From: Helicobacteraceae bacterium | GTDB lineage: Bacteria > Campylobacterota > Campylobacteria > Campylobacterales > SZUA-545 | NCBI GenBank assembly: GCA_031268655.1 | Contig: JAIRWX010000021.1 | Coordinates: 4,303-68,302 of the forward strand | Direction of reading: 5' to 3' | Length of the DNA: 64,000 nt | Part shown: piece by piece, positions 48,619 to 57,328 of the stretch | Position numbering within the stretch: the first letter of the stretch is position 1 | How the letters are laid out: each line of letters starts with the position of its first letter | Program-made: the position numbers and the translations under genes | The notes under the pieces: generated by a model | Told to the model about the DNA's origin: nothing | Seen by the model: the letters and a program-made list of their open reading frames with translations, nothing else | The model's database searches: none

Positions 48619-49287
48619 CTAAAGCGCGTATCGGGCGAAAAACGCGTACCGCGCTTTATCAAACTCTTTCGAATCTGGGCTGTATAGCTCCGCGCTCGCG
48701 CCGACGCGCAGCTTGCGCCAAAAGGTTTTGTCGATTGAAAGGAACAGATTCAGCGGCGAGTCGGCGGTGCGATCGTTTGGCAAGCCGTAACCCGCGCCAA
48801 AACCAATATTGATCAAATCCCAAGCCTCTTCAAAACGCGCCGCCGCCTCTATATAGCGATCGTTTTCATGATTCGCGTCCTCCGCCGAAACCGCATCGTA
48901 GTAAGCTAAACTGAAAACGCCGTAGCCAACCGCGAACAACGCTTCAATATAGTTTGCGTCGTCGATCGAAAAGTTGCGGCCGATCGCGCCCGCCTCAAAC
49001 CAAGTATCGCCCGCTTCGCCTAAATAGCCGCCGAAAAAATCGTACTCGATCGCGTCGGCTTTATCGCTTTTGGGATCGTAAACGTTTGAGCCAAACGCGC
49101 CGAGATAAAAACCGGCGCTAAAGCCGTACCTAAGCCTCGCCTGCAAAGCGCTACGGCGATCGGTCTGCGTAACGCCGCGAAAAATATAATCGCTTTTATA
49201 CTCAAGCCCGCCGCTAAAACCTGCCGCGACTAGATAGTTTGCCGCGATCGATAGCAAAAGCACAAACCTAATCATCGCGCTAATCAT
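48619..49287 (-). CDS. Outer-membrane beta-barrel protein (TIGR02001/Gcw_chp-like)
   Basis: Signal peptide, then GGLEYKSDYIFRGVTQTD, alternating beta-strand pattern, and a C-terminal aromatic (ARYAL). Confidence 0.65.
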   Translation of the reverse strand: MISAMIRFVLLLSIAANYLVAAGFSGGLEYKSDYIFRGVTQTDRRSALQARLRYGFSAGFYLGAFGSNVYDPKSDKADAIEYDFFGGYLGEAGDTWFEAGAIGRNFSIDDANYIEALFAVGYGVFSLAYYDAVSAEDANHENDRYIEAAARFEEAWDLINIGFGAGYGLPNDRTADSPLNLFLSIDKTFWRKLRVGASAELYSPDSKEFDKARYAFFARYAL

Positions 49288-49295
49288 ATCTGACT

Positions 49296-50459
49296 TTATT
49301 GTTTCGCGTAACGCGCCGTCTTTTTGTCGAGCCATTTCACAAAGAGCATAATAACCGCGACTTCGGCTACGCTCGCCACGATAAACGACGAGTACTCGTT
49401 TTGGTTCAGCAATTCGCCCTCGTATCCGATCGTGGCGACCGCCACCAGAAACGTTAACGGCATCGATTGCGACAAGCCGACGCGCAATCTGTCAAGCGCG
49501 GTAAAAACGCCGCGAAAGGCGATCAGCGAGGCTGAAATTCGTATCGCCGTCATGGCAAAGAATATCAGCGCCGCGGCGAGCGCTATATCGGCTTGCAAAA
49601 TCAGCCGCAGATCTAGCGTGCCGCCGACGTGCAGAAAGAAAATTGGCGTTAAAAAACCAAAGCCCAAAGAACCGAGTTTTTTCGGCAGATCGGTTTTGTG
49701 GTTAAAATAATTGGCTATAAACATGCCCGCCACAAACGCGCCTAAAACATGTTCCAAGCCCAGATATATCATCGCGGCGACAAGCGCGAAAAACAGCGCG
49801 AACGCGATGCGAACATCCTCGTCGAGACTATCTTGCTCCGGCATAATCAGCTTTTTTAGTTTTGGAAACCACCAAAACAGCGCGGCGGAGAGGTAAAAAA
49901 ACATCCAGACGCATATCAGCACAAAAAGCAGCGTCGCCATAGTTTGCAAAAACTCTAAGTTAAAGCCGCCAAGCTGCACCGCGCCGCTTAACACCGTCAA
50001 TACGCAGATGCTGATAAGCTCGCCTACCACGCCAAGTTTCATGCCAAAACTTAACCACTCGCTCCTGCCGCGCGCACGAATCAAAACGACGATCATGCCG
50101 ACCGAGATCGTAGGCAGAGCGGCGATATAGATCGGCGGAAGGTTAAACGAGAAGACAATCGCGATCGCAAGAGCGTAGAGCGTTATTAAAAACGCGGCGA
50201 TCCTGCGCCACAAGGAACGCTTAATCGCGCCAAACTCTCTTAGATCGATCTCCATTCCCGCCAAAAACATCAAATACAAAAAGCCGACTCTGGCAATCGA
50301 ATCAAACAGTTCGCCGCCTTCGGCGAAAAACCCGAAAAACGCCGCTAGAGCGCCAAGCGCGATCTCGGTTATCGCCACGGGCAGACCGCTTAAGCGCGAC
50401 GCAAACGGCGAAATCATAATTAACAGCGAGAGCGCCGCTAAAAGAACGAGATTTTCCAC
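49296..50459 (-). CDS. Cation:proton antiporter (CPA2-like)
   Basis: 387 aa with about 11-12 TM helices and a Kef/NapA-like N-terminal pattern. Confidence 0.75.
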   Translation of the reverse strand: MENLVLLAALSLLIMISPFASRLSGLPVAITEIALGALAAFFGFFAEGGELFDSIARVGFLYLMFLAGMEIDLREFGAIKRSLWRRIAAFLITLYALAIAIVFSFNLPPIYIAALPTISVGMIVVLIRARGRSEWLSFGMKLGVVGELISICVLTVLSGAVQLGGFNLEFLQTMATLLFVLICVWMFFYLSAALFWWFPKLKKLIMPEQDSLDEDVRIAFALFFALVAAMIYLGLEHVLGAFVAGMFIANYFNHKTDLPKKLGSLGFGFLTPIFFLHVGGTLDLRLILQADIALAAALIFFAMTAIRISASLIAFRGVFTALDRLRVGLSQSMPLTFLVAVATIGYEGELLNQNEYSSFIVASVAEVAVIMLFVKWLDKKTARYAKQ

Positions 50460-51239
50460 CTAATCGGCGACCAGTCTGAGCGCGAAAAGCAGAACGGGAG
50501 CGGCAAACAGATAGCCGTCTATACGATCTAGCGCGCCGCCGTGTCCGGGCAAAATAGAGCCGCTGTCCTTGACCTGCGCCTTGCGCTTAAGATAGCTTTC
50601 AAACAGATCGCCAAACACGGAGGCGATCGCGCATGCAATTGTGATCGCTAATATCGTCCAAAACCCAATCGAAAATGGCGCGATAACGCCCGCGATCGTC
50701 CCAAATATCGCCGCCGCGGTGATTCCGCCGGCTACGCCCTCAATCGTTTTGTTTGGGCTTGACGGGCTGAAAGGGGTTTTGCCCAGCGCCTTACCCGCGT
50801 AATAAGCCCCCGCGTCGCAAGAAAGCGTGATCGCCAGCAGCCAGATATAAGCGCCGATTCCAAAGTCCGTGTACAATGAAAATAAAAACAGCATTGGCGC
50901 GGTCGGATACAAAATTGGCAAAGCGACTTTAAGATCGCGTTTTTGATCAAGCGCCACGATAGCCGCTAAAACAAGAATCGCAAGAGCTACGACCTCGATC
51001 GGACGCGGATAGAAAATCGCCGCGAGCCACGCGACGGCGCTCGCGCACCAGAGCCTTAGATTGCCTCTGTACCCAAACAGCGCGATCGCTTCCCACGAAG
51101 CGACGGCAAAAATAATCGTCAACAGCGCGCCGATCGCCCAAACGGAATGGAACGCGATCGCGATCGCCGCAACCAAGAGCAATATCAAAGCGGTGCGCCA
51201 TCTTTTGGCGTCGCTTTTTAACCGCGCTAACAGACCCAT
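50460..51239 (-). CDS. cdsA: Phosphatidate cytidylyltransferase
   Basis: C-terminal signature DLFESYLKR...KDSGSILPGHGGALDRIDG. Confidence 0.9.
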   Translation of the reverse strand: MGLLARLKSDAKRWRTALILLLVAAIAIAFHSVWAIGALLTIIFAVASWEAIALFGYRGNLRLWCASAVAWLAAIFYPRPIEVVALAILVLAAIVALDQKRDLKVALPILYPTAPMLFLFSLYTDFGIGAYIWLLAITLSCDAGAYYAGKALGKTPFSPSSPNKTIEGVAGGITAAAIFGTIAGVIAPFSIGFWTILAITIACAIASVFGDLFESYLKRKAQVKDSGSILPGHGGALDRIDGYLFAAPVLLFALRLVAD

Positions 51240-51247
51240 AACTTCTC

Positions 51248-51556
51248 CTAAACTCTTATATCGAGCAGACGCGAGGGAATCATCGCGTCTTTTTCAGGCA
51301 AAGCCGCGCGTTTTTTGCGCGCGCGCGCCTTCTCCTCCTCTTCTTTCTCTTTCTCTTGGCTGTCTTGATCGGGATTGATTCCGGCGCTTGCCTCGGTCGG
51401 TCTCGTCTCCTCGATCGTCTCGCGTTCATCTTGCGCGATCGCGCCTGAAACCAGCGCCTGAAAATCCGCCCTGCTTTGCGCCTGCTGTTGCGTTTGAGCG
51501 GCGGCGGGCGCGCCCTGATTGGCGTAAATCACGCCTCCAATCGGAGTTATCGACAT
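51248..51556 (-). CDS. Hypothetical Gln/Glu/Lys-rich protein
   Basis: 102 aa with a low-complexity EKEKEEEEKARARKK core. Its position between cdsA and the NFACT gene mirrors the Campylobacter cdsA / coiled-coil ORF / fibronectin-binding-like ORF order. Confidence 0.5.
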   Translation of the reverse strand: MSITPIGGVIYANQGAPAAAQTQQQAQSRADFQALVSGAIAQDERETIEETRPTEASAGINPDQDSQEKEKEEEEKARARKKRAALPEKDAMIPSRLLDIRV

Positions 51557-51564
51557 ATTGCCTC

Positions 51565-52866
51565 CTAATCCAACCGAACCGCGACGCTTTTTTGACGCGA
51601 ATAGGTTACGCGAGCGCCGCTGACGATTCTGACGAATTGCCGCTTGGTATAATCGACTAAATAATCTCCTTTTTCACTTAGCGAAAATCGCGCGCAGAGT
51701 TGCGCCGCTCGCTTCAGCGTCTCGCCGGGCAGCTCCTCTTTGGCGGTTTGTACGATCAGGTGCGCGCTCGGTCTGCCTTGCAAATGAAACCATATATCGC
51801 CGCCTTTGGCGCGTTTTAACAGCGCGACGTTGCCTTTTTCGTTGCGTCCGAGCAAAGCTTTGAAGCCGCCGATGATAAACTCCGCGATCGGTTCGTTCGC
51901 GCGATCGGTCGCTATGCGTCTTTGTCGTCCGCTTGGCAAAGCGCTTGCAAGCTCGCCCGCCGTTTTCGCTTCTTTGATCGCCAAAATCAAACGATCGTAA
52001 AAAGCCGCGCGCTCCTCTAGGTTTTGGCGCTCTCTAAAAACGCCCTTCGCTTTGGCGCGGCGCTTTTTGGCGCGGGCAAACTTGCGCTCCGCCTCCCGTT
52101 GCGGCGTTTGCAGACGCTCCAAAACGATCGTTCGCGATCCGCCCGTAAAATCTTCGAGCGTCGCGCTCGCGCTGTATGGCGCAATTTTGATCAAGTTAGC
52201 CAAAATCAGCGTCCCCTCCTCGCTAAAACTCTCGGCTTCCGCGTCTAACGTTCGCGGCTCGCTTAGATCGTTTAACAGCCGCTTTATTCTATCGGATTTC
52301 TCGCGGGCGGCGGCGATCGCGGCGGTTTTGGCGCATTGTAGTTCGGCGCTATTTTTCTCTTCAAGCCTTGCTTTCATCGCCGCGCGAATGTCCTCGATCG
52401 GCTCTATTATGGGCTTGCGCGGCGGCTTTGGCGGCGGCTCGTAACTAGTTTGAAGCCGCGTCGTCCTGCGAAGGCTCTCTAAAACGAGATTGTTTTCGTC
52501 CAGCAGAAGCGCGTTAAGGCGGCGCGGCGCAAACTCTAAAACCAACGTCGTCGCGATCGCTTTCCACCCGTCGCTTTTAACCGCGCGGATCGACAAAATT
52601 TTATCGTCCGGATCGAGCGCGATACGTTTTATCTCGCTTTGATTTAATCGCCCGACCATCAGCCTGTCGAAAGGCGCGTTAAACTTCGCGCACAGATCCT
52701 CGCCGTCAAAAGGCGCTAAAATCGGTTTCGCGCCCGCAAAATCCGCGATCCATCGCTCGTTTTCAAAACGAAGCTCCAATCGGTTTTCGCCGACGCGCTT
52801 GCATCGAATCAGACTTCGCGTTGTTTTTAATATATCCGCGATCGCTTTAAGTTCGCTATACTTCAT
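51565..52866 (-). CDS. NFACT-family (FbpA/DUF814) RNA-binding protein
   Basis: N-terminal NFACT-N-like region, coiled coil, and the DUF814 motif DIWFHLQGRPSAHLIV. Confidence 0.75.
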   Translation of the reverse strand: MKYSELKAIADILKTTRSLIRCKRVGENRLELRFENERWIADFAGAKPILAPFDGEDLCAKFNAPFDRLMVGRLNQSEIKRIALDPDDKILSIRAVKSDGWKAIATTLVLEFAPRRLNALLLDENNLVLESLRRTTRLQTSYEPPPKPPRKPIIEPIEDIRAAMKARLEEKNSAELQCAKTAAIAAAREKSDRIKRLLNDLSEPRTLDAEAESFSEEGTLILANLIKIAPYSASATLEDFTGGSRTIVLERLQTPQREAERKFARAKKRRAKAKGVFRERQNLEERAAFYDRLILAIKEAKTAGELASALPSGRQRRIATDRANEPIAEFIIGGFKALLGRNEKGNVALLKRAKGGDIWFHLQGRPSAHLIVQTAKEELPGETLKRAAQLCARFSLSEKGDYLVDYTKRQFVRIVSGARVTYSRQKSVAVRLD

Positions 52867-52905
52867 CGCTTTTCATTTTGAGTTTGTTAAGGGCGATTTT
52901 ACCAG

Positions 52906-54117
52906 ATGCTTTACCGCCGCGCATTAAAGCCTTTCGCCGATCGACTAGGCGCGTTAGCGCTACTGATCGCGCTCGCGCCGATCTTCGCGCTAGTCGCGCT
53001 CGCCGTCCGCGTTAAGCTAGGAAGCCCCGTCCTGTTCAAACAGATCCGCCCGGGACTAAACGCGAAGCCGTTTGAAATTTACAAATTTCGATCTATGAGC
53101 GAAGAACGCGACGAAAACGGACGGCGTTTAAGCGACGAAGAGCGGCTTGGGCGGTTCGGGCGCGCTTTACGATCGCTAAGTTTGGACGAGCTGCCTCAGC
53201 TATTCAACGTGTTGCGCGGCGATATGAGTTTTATCGGACCTCGTCCGCTTTTGATGGAATATCTGCCGCGCTACAACGTTTCGCAAGCGACTCGACATAA
53301 CGTAAAACCGGGCATAACGGGACTGGCGCAGATAAACGGACGCAACGCGCAAAGCTGGCAAAAACGTTTTGAGAGCGACGTTTTTTACGCGCAAAATCTC
53401 GGTTGTCGGCTCGATCTGAAGATCGCGGCGCTATCGATTGTTAAAGTTTTGAAGCGAGACGGCGTAAGCGACGGAACCGCCGCGACAAAAGAGCCGTTTT
53501 TAGGCAACGGCGATCGCGTTTTTATCTATGGCGGCGGCGGACACGGGCGCGTAGTCGCGGATACGGCGAGACGCGCCGGGTTTAGGGTTGAAGGCTTTAT
53601 AGACAAAGATCCGTCAAGAGGCGTAAACCGCGAAATCTTTTTAGAAAAAGCGCGAGCGGAACGTTTTGCCGTGGCGCTTGGCGTTGGTAATAATGAAGCG
53701 CGTCAAGCAATCGCTAAATTTTTGCGCAAAGAGGGAGCGGAGATCGTCGCACTGATCGATCCCTCGGCGATTGTAGGTTCGTCGGCGCGTATCGGCGCGG
53801 GCGCGGTCGTCCTGCCAAACGCCGTCGTCAACGATCGCGCGCAAATAGAAGAGGGCGCGATCGTAAATTCCGGCGCGATCGTCGAGCATGAGTGCGTCGT
53901 CGGCGAGTACGCGCATATCGCCCCCAACGCGACGCTCGCGGGCGGCGCGAAAGTCGGGGCGCTGGCGAACGTGGGGATCGGCGCTTCGTTGATTCAAAAC
54001 GCCATTGTCGGCAGATCGGCGACGATCGGCGCGGGCGCGGTCGTTTTAGGCGAGATCGCCCCGTTTGCCGTCGCGGTTGGCGTTCCGTCCCGCGAGATCG
54101 ACAAAAAGCCGACCTAG
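52906..54117 (+). CDS. Fusion of PglC-like phosphoglycosyl transferase and PglD/NeuD-like hexapeptide acetyltransferase
   Basis: Residues 1-200 carry the bacterial sugar transferase motifs (FKQIRPGLNAKPFEIYKFRSM, DELPQLFNVLRGDMSFIGPRP). Residues 205-403 carry the NeuD-type Rossmann stub IYGGGGHGRVV plus hexapeptide repeats. Confidence 0.75.
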   Translation: MLYRRALKPFADRLGALALLIALAPIFALVALAVRVKLGSPVLFKQIRPGLNAKPFEIYKFRSMSEERDENGRRLSDEERLGRFGRALRSLSLDELPQLFNVLRGDMSFIGPRPLLMEYLPRYNVSQATRHNVKPGITGLAQINGRNAQSWQKRFESDVFYAQNLGCRLDLKIAALSIVKVLKRDGVSDGTAATKEPFLGNGDRVFIYGGGGHGRVVADTARRAGFRVEGFIDKDPSRGVNREIFLEKARAERFAVALGVGNNEARQAIAKFLRKEGAEIVALIDPSAIVGSSARIGAGAVVLPNAVVNDRAQIEEGAIVNSGAIVEHECVVGEYAHIAPNATLAGGAKVGALANVGIGASLIQNAIVGRSATIGAGAVVLGEIAPFAVAVGVPSREIDKKPT

Positions 54118-54121
54118 CGCG

Positions 54122-54970
54122 TTACGCAAATAACGTCGTCTCGCCGACCTCGCGTCGCATGTTTATAGCGCCGATCGGATAGTTCGCTATAAACAATTCT
54201 CTGCCGTTTTGATCGGAGGCTTCGGTTATATTGCGCATGCCGTAGATTTGCGTCCAAGATCTGATATTAGCGAAAGAAAAAAGCTCTCGTATGTATCTGC
54301 AATCGTCATAGGTGATCAGCCATTTATACGAGCAGTTTCTCATAATGTCGGCAAAACGTATATGATCAAACGATTTATGTAACTTTCCGTTCTTGCCGTA
54401 AAGCGAAGATTTTGCCGTAGAATAATATGGCGGGTCAAGAAATATAAAAACGTTTTCGCCGCTCTTTTTGACAATCTCTTCATAGTCCTTATTTGCAATC
54501 GCCGCATTGTCTAAAACGCCGTTTAAGTTGCGTAGCCTTTCGATGCTGCTATATGTAAATCTGCCCTTGAAAGCCGCCTCGCTGAACCCGCCGCTTAAGC
54601 TCGTGCCCGAAAAGGTAACGCGGTTATAAATAAAAAACGCCGCCGCCCGCTCTAAATCATTAAAGCCCTCTGTGTTTTCGTTTAGAAACCGATACAGCTC
54701 TTTGCCTACGCTGTATTCGTTTTTCCATTCAAGTATCTTTTCTATTAAACAATCGCCGTTTGCCTGTACCGCTTTCCAAAATAGATAAAGCTCCGCATAG
54801 AGATCGTTTATCCAGTATTTTTTATTAGGATACAGCTGTTTAAGATATATAAATACCGATCCTCCGCCCAAAAAAGGCTCTCTATACTCGTCAAATGGAG
54901 GAATCAGGTTTGCGATTGTCTTAATCGCCCTGCTTTTGCCGCCAGGATAACGTAGCGGGCTTTTGATCAT
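54122..54970 (-). CDS. Dam-like (alpha-class, D12) N6-adenine DNA methyltransferase
   Basis: LRYPGGKSR, motif I EPFLGGGSVF and motif IV FLDPPYY occur in the alpha order. Target specificity cannot be read from the sequence. Confidence 0.85.
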   Translation of the reverse strand: MIKSPLRYPGGKSRAIKTIANLIPPFDEYREPFLGGGSVFIYLKQLYPNKKYWINDLYAELYLFWKAVQANGDCLIEKILEWKNEYSVGKELYRFLNENTEGFNDLERAAAFFIYNRVTFSGTSLSGGFSEAAFKGRFTYSSIERLRNLNGVLDNAAIANKDYEEIVKKSGENVFIFLDPPYYSTAKSSLYGKNGKLHKSFDHIRFADIMRNCSYKWLITYDDCRYIRELFSFANIRSWTQIYGMRNITEASDQNGRELFIANYPIGAINMRREVGETTLFA

Positions 54971-55755
54971 GACGCGCCTTTTATTTCAACTATAAATCCG
55001 TTTTCTCGCGCTTCGCAAAAAAGCGTTTCGATCAGTTGCTCCGTATTGGGAGACATTTTGTTATCGGCGGCGAACGTTCGCGCCGATTCCGGACTGTCCG
55101 ACGATACGCCGCCTTTTATCTTTGTCGACATAAGTCTCAGAACCGCTATATGCTTTATCTTTTTGCCGTTTAGAGTTGTTTCGCGCAAATTGGCGTACAA
55201 AATCATTTTTAACAGTCCGTCTTTTATATCTCCTTTGCTTGGCAAAACGGCGTTCTTGGCATGTTTGCTTTCGATCAGATAAAGTAGTTCGCTATCGACG
55301 CGCGTTTCATCAACGGTAAAATAATAAAGTCCGCCTAGGTAATTACCGATTGTTATTTTCGATTTTGTATTGGTCGTCAAAAACTCTTTTGGCTGCGTCG
55401 CGGCAAGCTCTCTTGCCTGCGCCTCTTTTGCTTTAAGCCGCGAGAAACTCATAAATTCTGCAATGTCTTTGTCAATTTTTGCTTTGAAACCTTCCATTCC
55501 GCTTGCGCTATGTAAAACGATCTTGGTTTTTTGCTCTATTAGCGCGTAACTGTCCTTTGCTTTACCGATTAAACATGGCAGACTGCTTTTTAACTCGTTT
55601 AAGTTCCAATGCAACGCAGAACTATGGCATTTCTTGATTTCTTTGATTTTCGATACTATGTATTCATTGTCAAACTTTTGATCCGTTATTTTTGTACCAT
55701 TTGCCTTCGCGTCGGAATAATAGGCGAGTATAACGAAAACGTCAAGCAAAGACAT
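54967..55755 (-). CDS. Putative restriction endonuclease, C-terminal part or subunit (PD-(D/E)xK-like)
   Basis: 262 aa with VDETRVDSELLYLIESK (D...ExK) at nt 55264-55311. An ATGA overlap joins it to the methylase gene. Confidence 0.5.
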   Translation of the reverse strand: MSLLDVFVILAYYSDAKANGTKITDQKFDNEYIVSKIKEIKKCHSSALHWNLNELKSSLPCLIGKAKDSYALIEQKTKIVLHSASGMEGFKAKIDKDIAEFMSFSRLKAKEAQARELAATQPKEFLTTNTKSKITIGNYLGGLYYFTVDETRVDSELLYLIESKHAKNAVLPSKGDIKDGLLKMILYANLRETTLNGKKIKHIAVLRLMSTKIKGGVSSDSPESARTFAADNKMSPNTEQLIETLFCEARENGFIVEIKGAS

Positions 55756-56056
55756 AAAAGAAACGCTCCCGCTGCAAAAAATCTCGATCGCCGTCTTTTC
55801 CTTCGTCTTTAACTATGGGAATAACGGCGATTTTTTTAGCGTAATTAAGCGAGTTATAGACTCTTTCGTAGGGATACGATCGCGTTCGTTTGGGCGATAC
55901 CCATTTTGAAACGGCGGCGACGTATGTTCCGTCCTTTACGGCGCAACAAGAGGGCGATTGGTTCACGTCAAACGAGACGAGATCGCGTTGCGGTAAGGAT
56001 TCGCCAAGAAACGTTTTATATTTAATAACGCCCGTAACCCGCCCTTGAACTCCCAT
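55742..56056 (-). CDS. Putative restriction endonuclease, N-terminal part or separate small subunit
   Basis: 104 aa with a strong Shine-Dalgarno (GGAGGGA 5 nt before the ATG). It overlaps the next ORF by 14 nt in another frame. That fits either a frameshifted single gene or a coupled pair. Confidence 0.4.
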   Translation of the reverse strand: MGVQGRVTGVIKYKTFLGESLPQRDLVSFDVNQSPSCCAVKDGTYVAAVSKWVSPKRTRSYPYERVYNSLNYAKKIAVIPIVKDEGKDGDRDFLQRERFFYVFA

Positions 56057-56121
56057 AACGTCCCTCCGCTAAAATTTAGTTGTTTATTGTATGCTATCAA
56101 CAATTTATCGGACGCAAAGCA

Positions 56122-57228
56122 ATGAAAAACAAACGGATTTTTTTGTCGCCTCCGCATATGGGCGGATCGGAACTCGATTTTATACATAGCGCGTTCGAAC
56201 GCAACTACATAGCGCCGCTGGGCGAGAACGTAAGCGGCTTCGAGGAGGATGTGGGAGCCTTTGTCGGCGCAAAATACGCGCTCGGCGTATCAAGCGGCAC
56301 CGCGGCGCTTCACCTAGCTCTGCGCGTTCTGGGAGTCGGTGCGGGCGATAGAGTCGCGGCAAGCTCGTTTACCTTTATCGGGTCGGTTTCGCCGATCGTT
56401 TATCAAAATGCCGAGCCAATTCTGATCGACAGCGACGAAACAAGCTGGAATCTCGATCCAAACCTGCTTGAAGATCTTTGTAAACGGCGTAAGCCAAAAG
56501 CGCTTGTCCTTACGCACCTGTACGGGCAGTCGGCGGATATGGACGCGATTTGCGAAATATGCGAACGTTACGACGTAACTTTGATCGAAGACGCTGCGGA
56601 AGCGCTCGGCGCGACTTACCGCGACAGGTTTTGCGGCGCGATCGCGCGCTGCGGCGTATATTCGTTTAACGGCAACAAGATTATCACCGCAAGCGGAGGC
56701 GGCATGCTGGTTTCAAACGAGGAGGCGCTTATTAAAAAAGCGCTGTTTTACGCGACGCAATCCAGAGAAAACGCGCCGCACTACGAGCACAAGGAGATAG
56801 GCTACAACTACCGAATGAGCAATATCTCGGCGGGTATAGGGCGGGGGCAGGCGCGGGTTTTGCCCGATCGGATCAGAGTAAAACGCGAAATTTTTGATTT
56901 CTACCGCCGCGCCTTAAGCGATCTGCCCGTAAAGTTTATGCCCGAACTACCGCCGTCGCGGGGCAGTCGCTGGCTTACGACGATTACGATCGAGGATAAA
57001 AGCGTTACGCCTGAAAAGCTGCGGCTGGCGCTCGAGCAAGAGAACGTCGAATCGCGTCCGCTCTGGAAACCTATGCATCTGCAACCCGTTTTTAAGGACG
57101 CGGAAAAACTGATAAGCGGCGTAAGCCAAAAGCTCTTTAACAAAGGCTTGTGTCTGCCAAGCGGCACGGCTATGAGCCGCGACGATCTCGGGCTTGTCGC
57201 GGGGACGATCAAAAAAGCGTTCGCGTAA
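56122..57228 (+). CDS. pglE: DegT/PglE-type sugar aminotransferase
   Basis: MKNKRIFLSPPHMGG N-terminus and SFNGNKIITASGGGML with the PLP lysine. It lies in the pglC/pglD neighbourhood. Confidence 0.8.
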   Translation: MKNKRIFLSPPHMGGSELDFIHSAFERNYIAPLGENVSGFEEDVGAFVGAKYALGVSSGTAALHLALRVLGVGAGDRVAASSFTFIGSVSPIVYQNAEPILIDSDETSWNLDPNLLEDLCKRRKPKALVLTHLYGQSADMDAICEICERYDVTLIEDAAEALGATYRDRFCGAIARCGVYSFNGNKIITASGGGMLVSNEEALIKKALFYATQSRENAPHYEHKEIGYNYRMSNISAGIGRGQARVLPDRIRVKREIFDFYRRALSDLPVKFMPELPPSRGSRWLTTITIEDKSVTPEKLRLALEQENVESRPLWKPMHLQPVFKDAEKLISGVSQKLFNKGLCLPSGTAMSRDDLGLVAGTIKKAFA

Positions 57229-57328
57229 CGTTGATTGCGTCTTGTCAAGCATGGCGCCGATCGAACGGGCTCTTTGAAACTTTGAGTTTTCCGCTGATAT
57301 AATTGGATCGCAAAGGGAGTTTGGTTCT

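Larger units (their letters stand above)
54118..56121. mobile_element. AT-rich RM cassette inserted between pglC-pglD and pglE
   Basis: Sampled GC is about 33-37%, against mid-50s in the flanks. The cassette is on the opposite strand to the pgl genes. There are 4 nt between the convergent stops and 65 nt at the divergent side. Confidence 0.5.

Noticed and set aside
51300-51360. CT-rich run (ctcctcctcttctttctctttctcttgg), considered as a polypyrimidine regulatory tract.
   Set aside because: It is the antisense of the EKEKEEEEK-coding segment of the 102-aa ORF.
51248-51556. 102-aa ORF considered as the anti-sigma-28 factor FlgM or another flagellar regulator.
   Set aside because: I could not recognise a FlgM-like C-terminal helix pattern. 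The low-complexity EK-rich core and the position next to cdsA fit a conserved hypothetical coiled-coil ORF instead. It is left as hypothetical.
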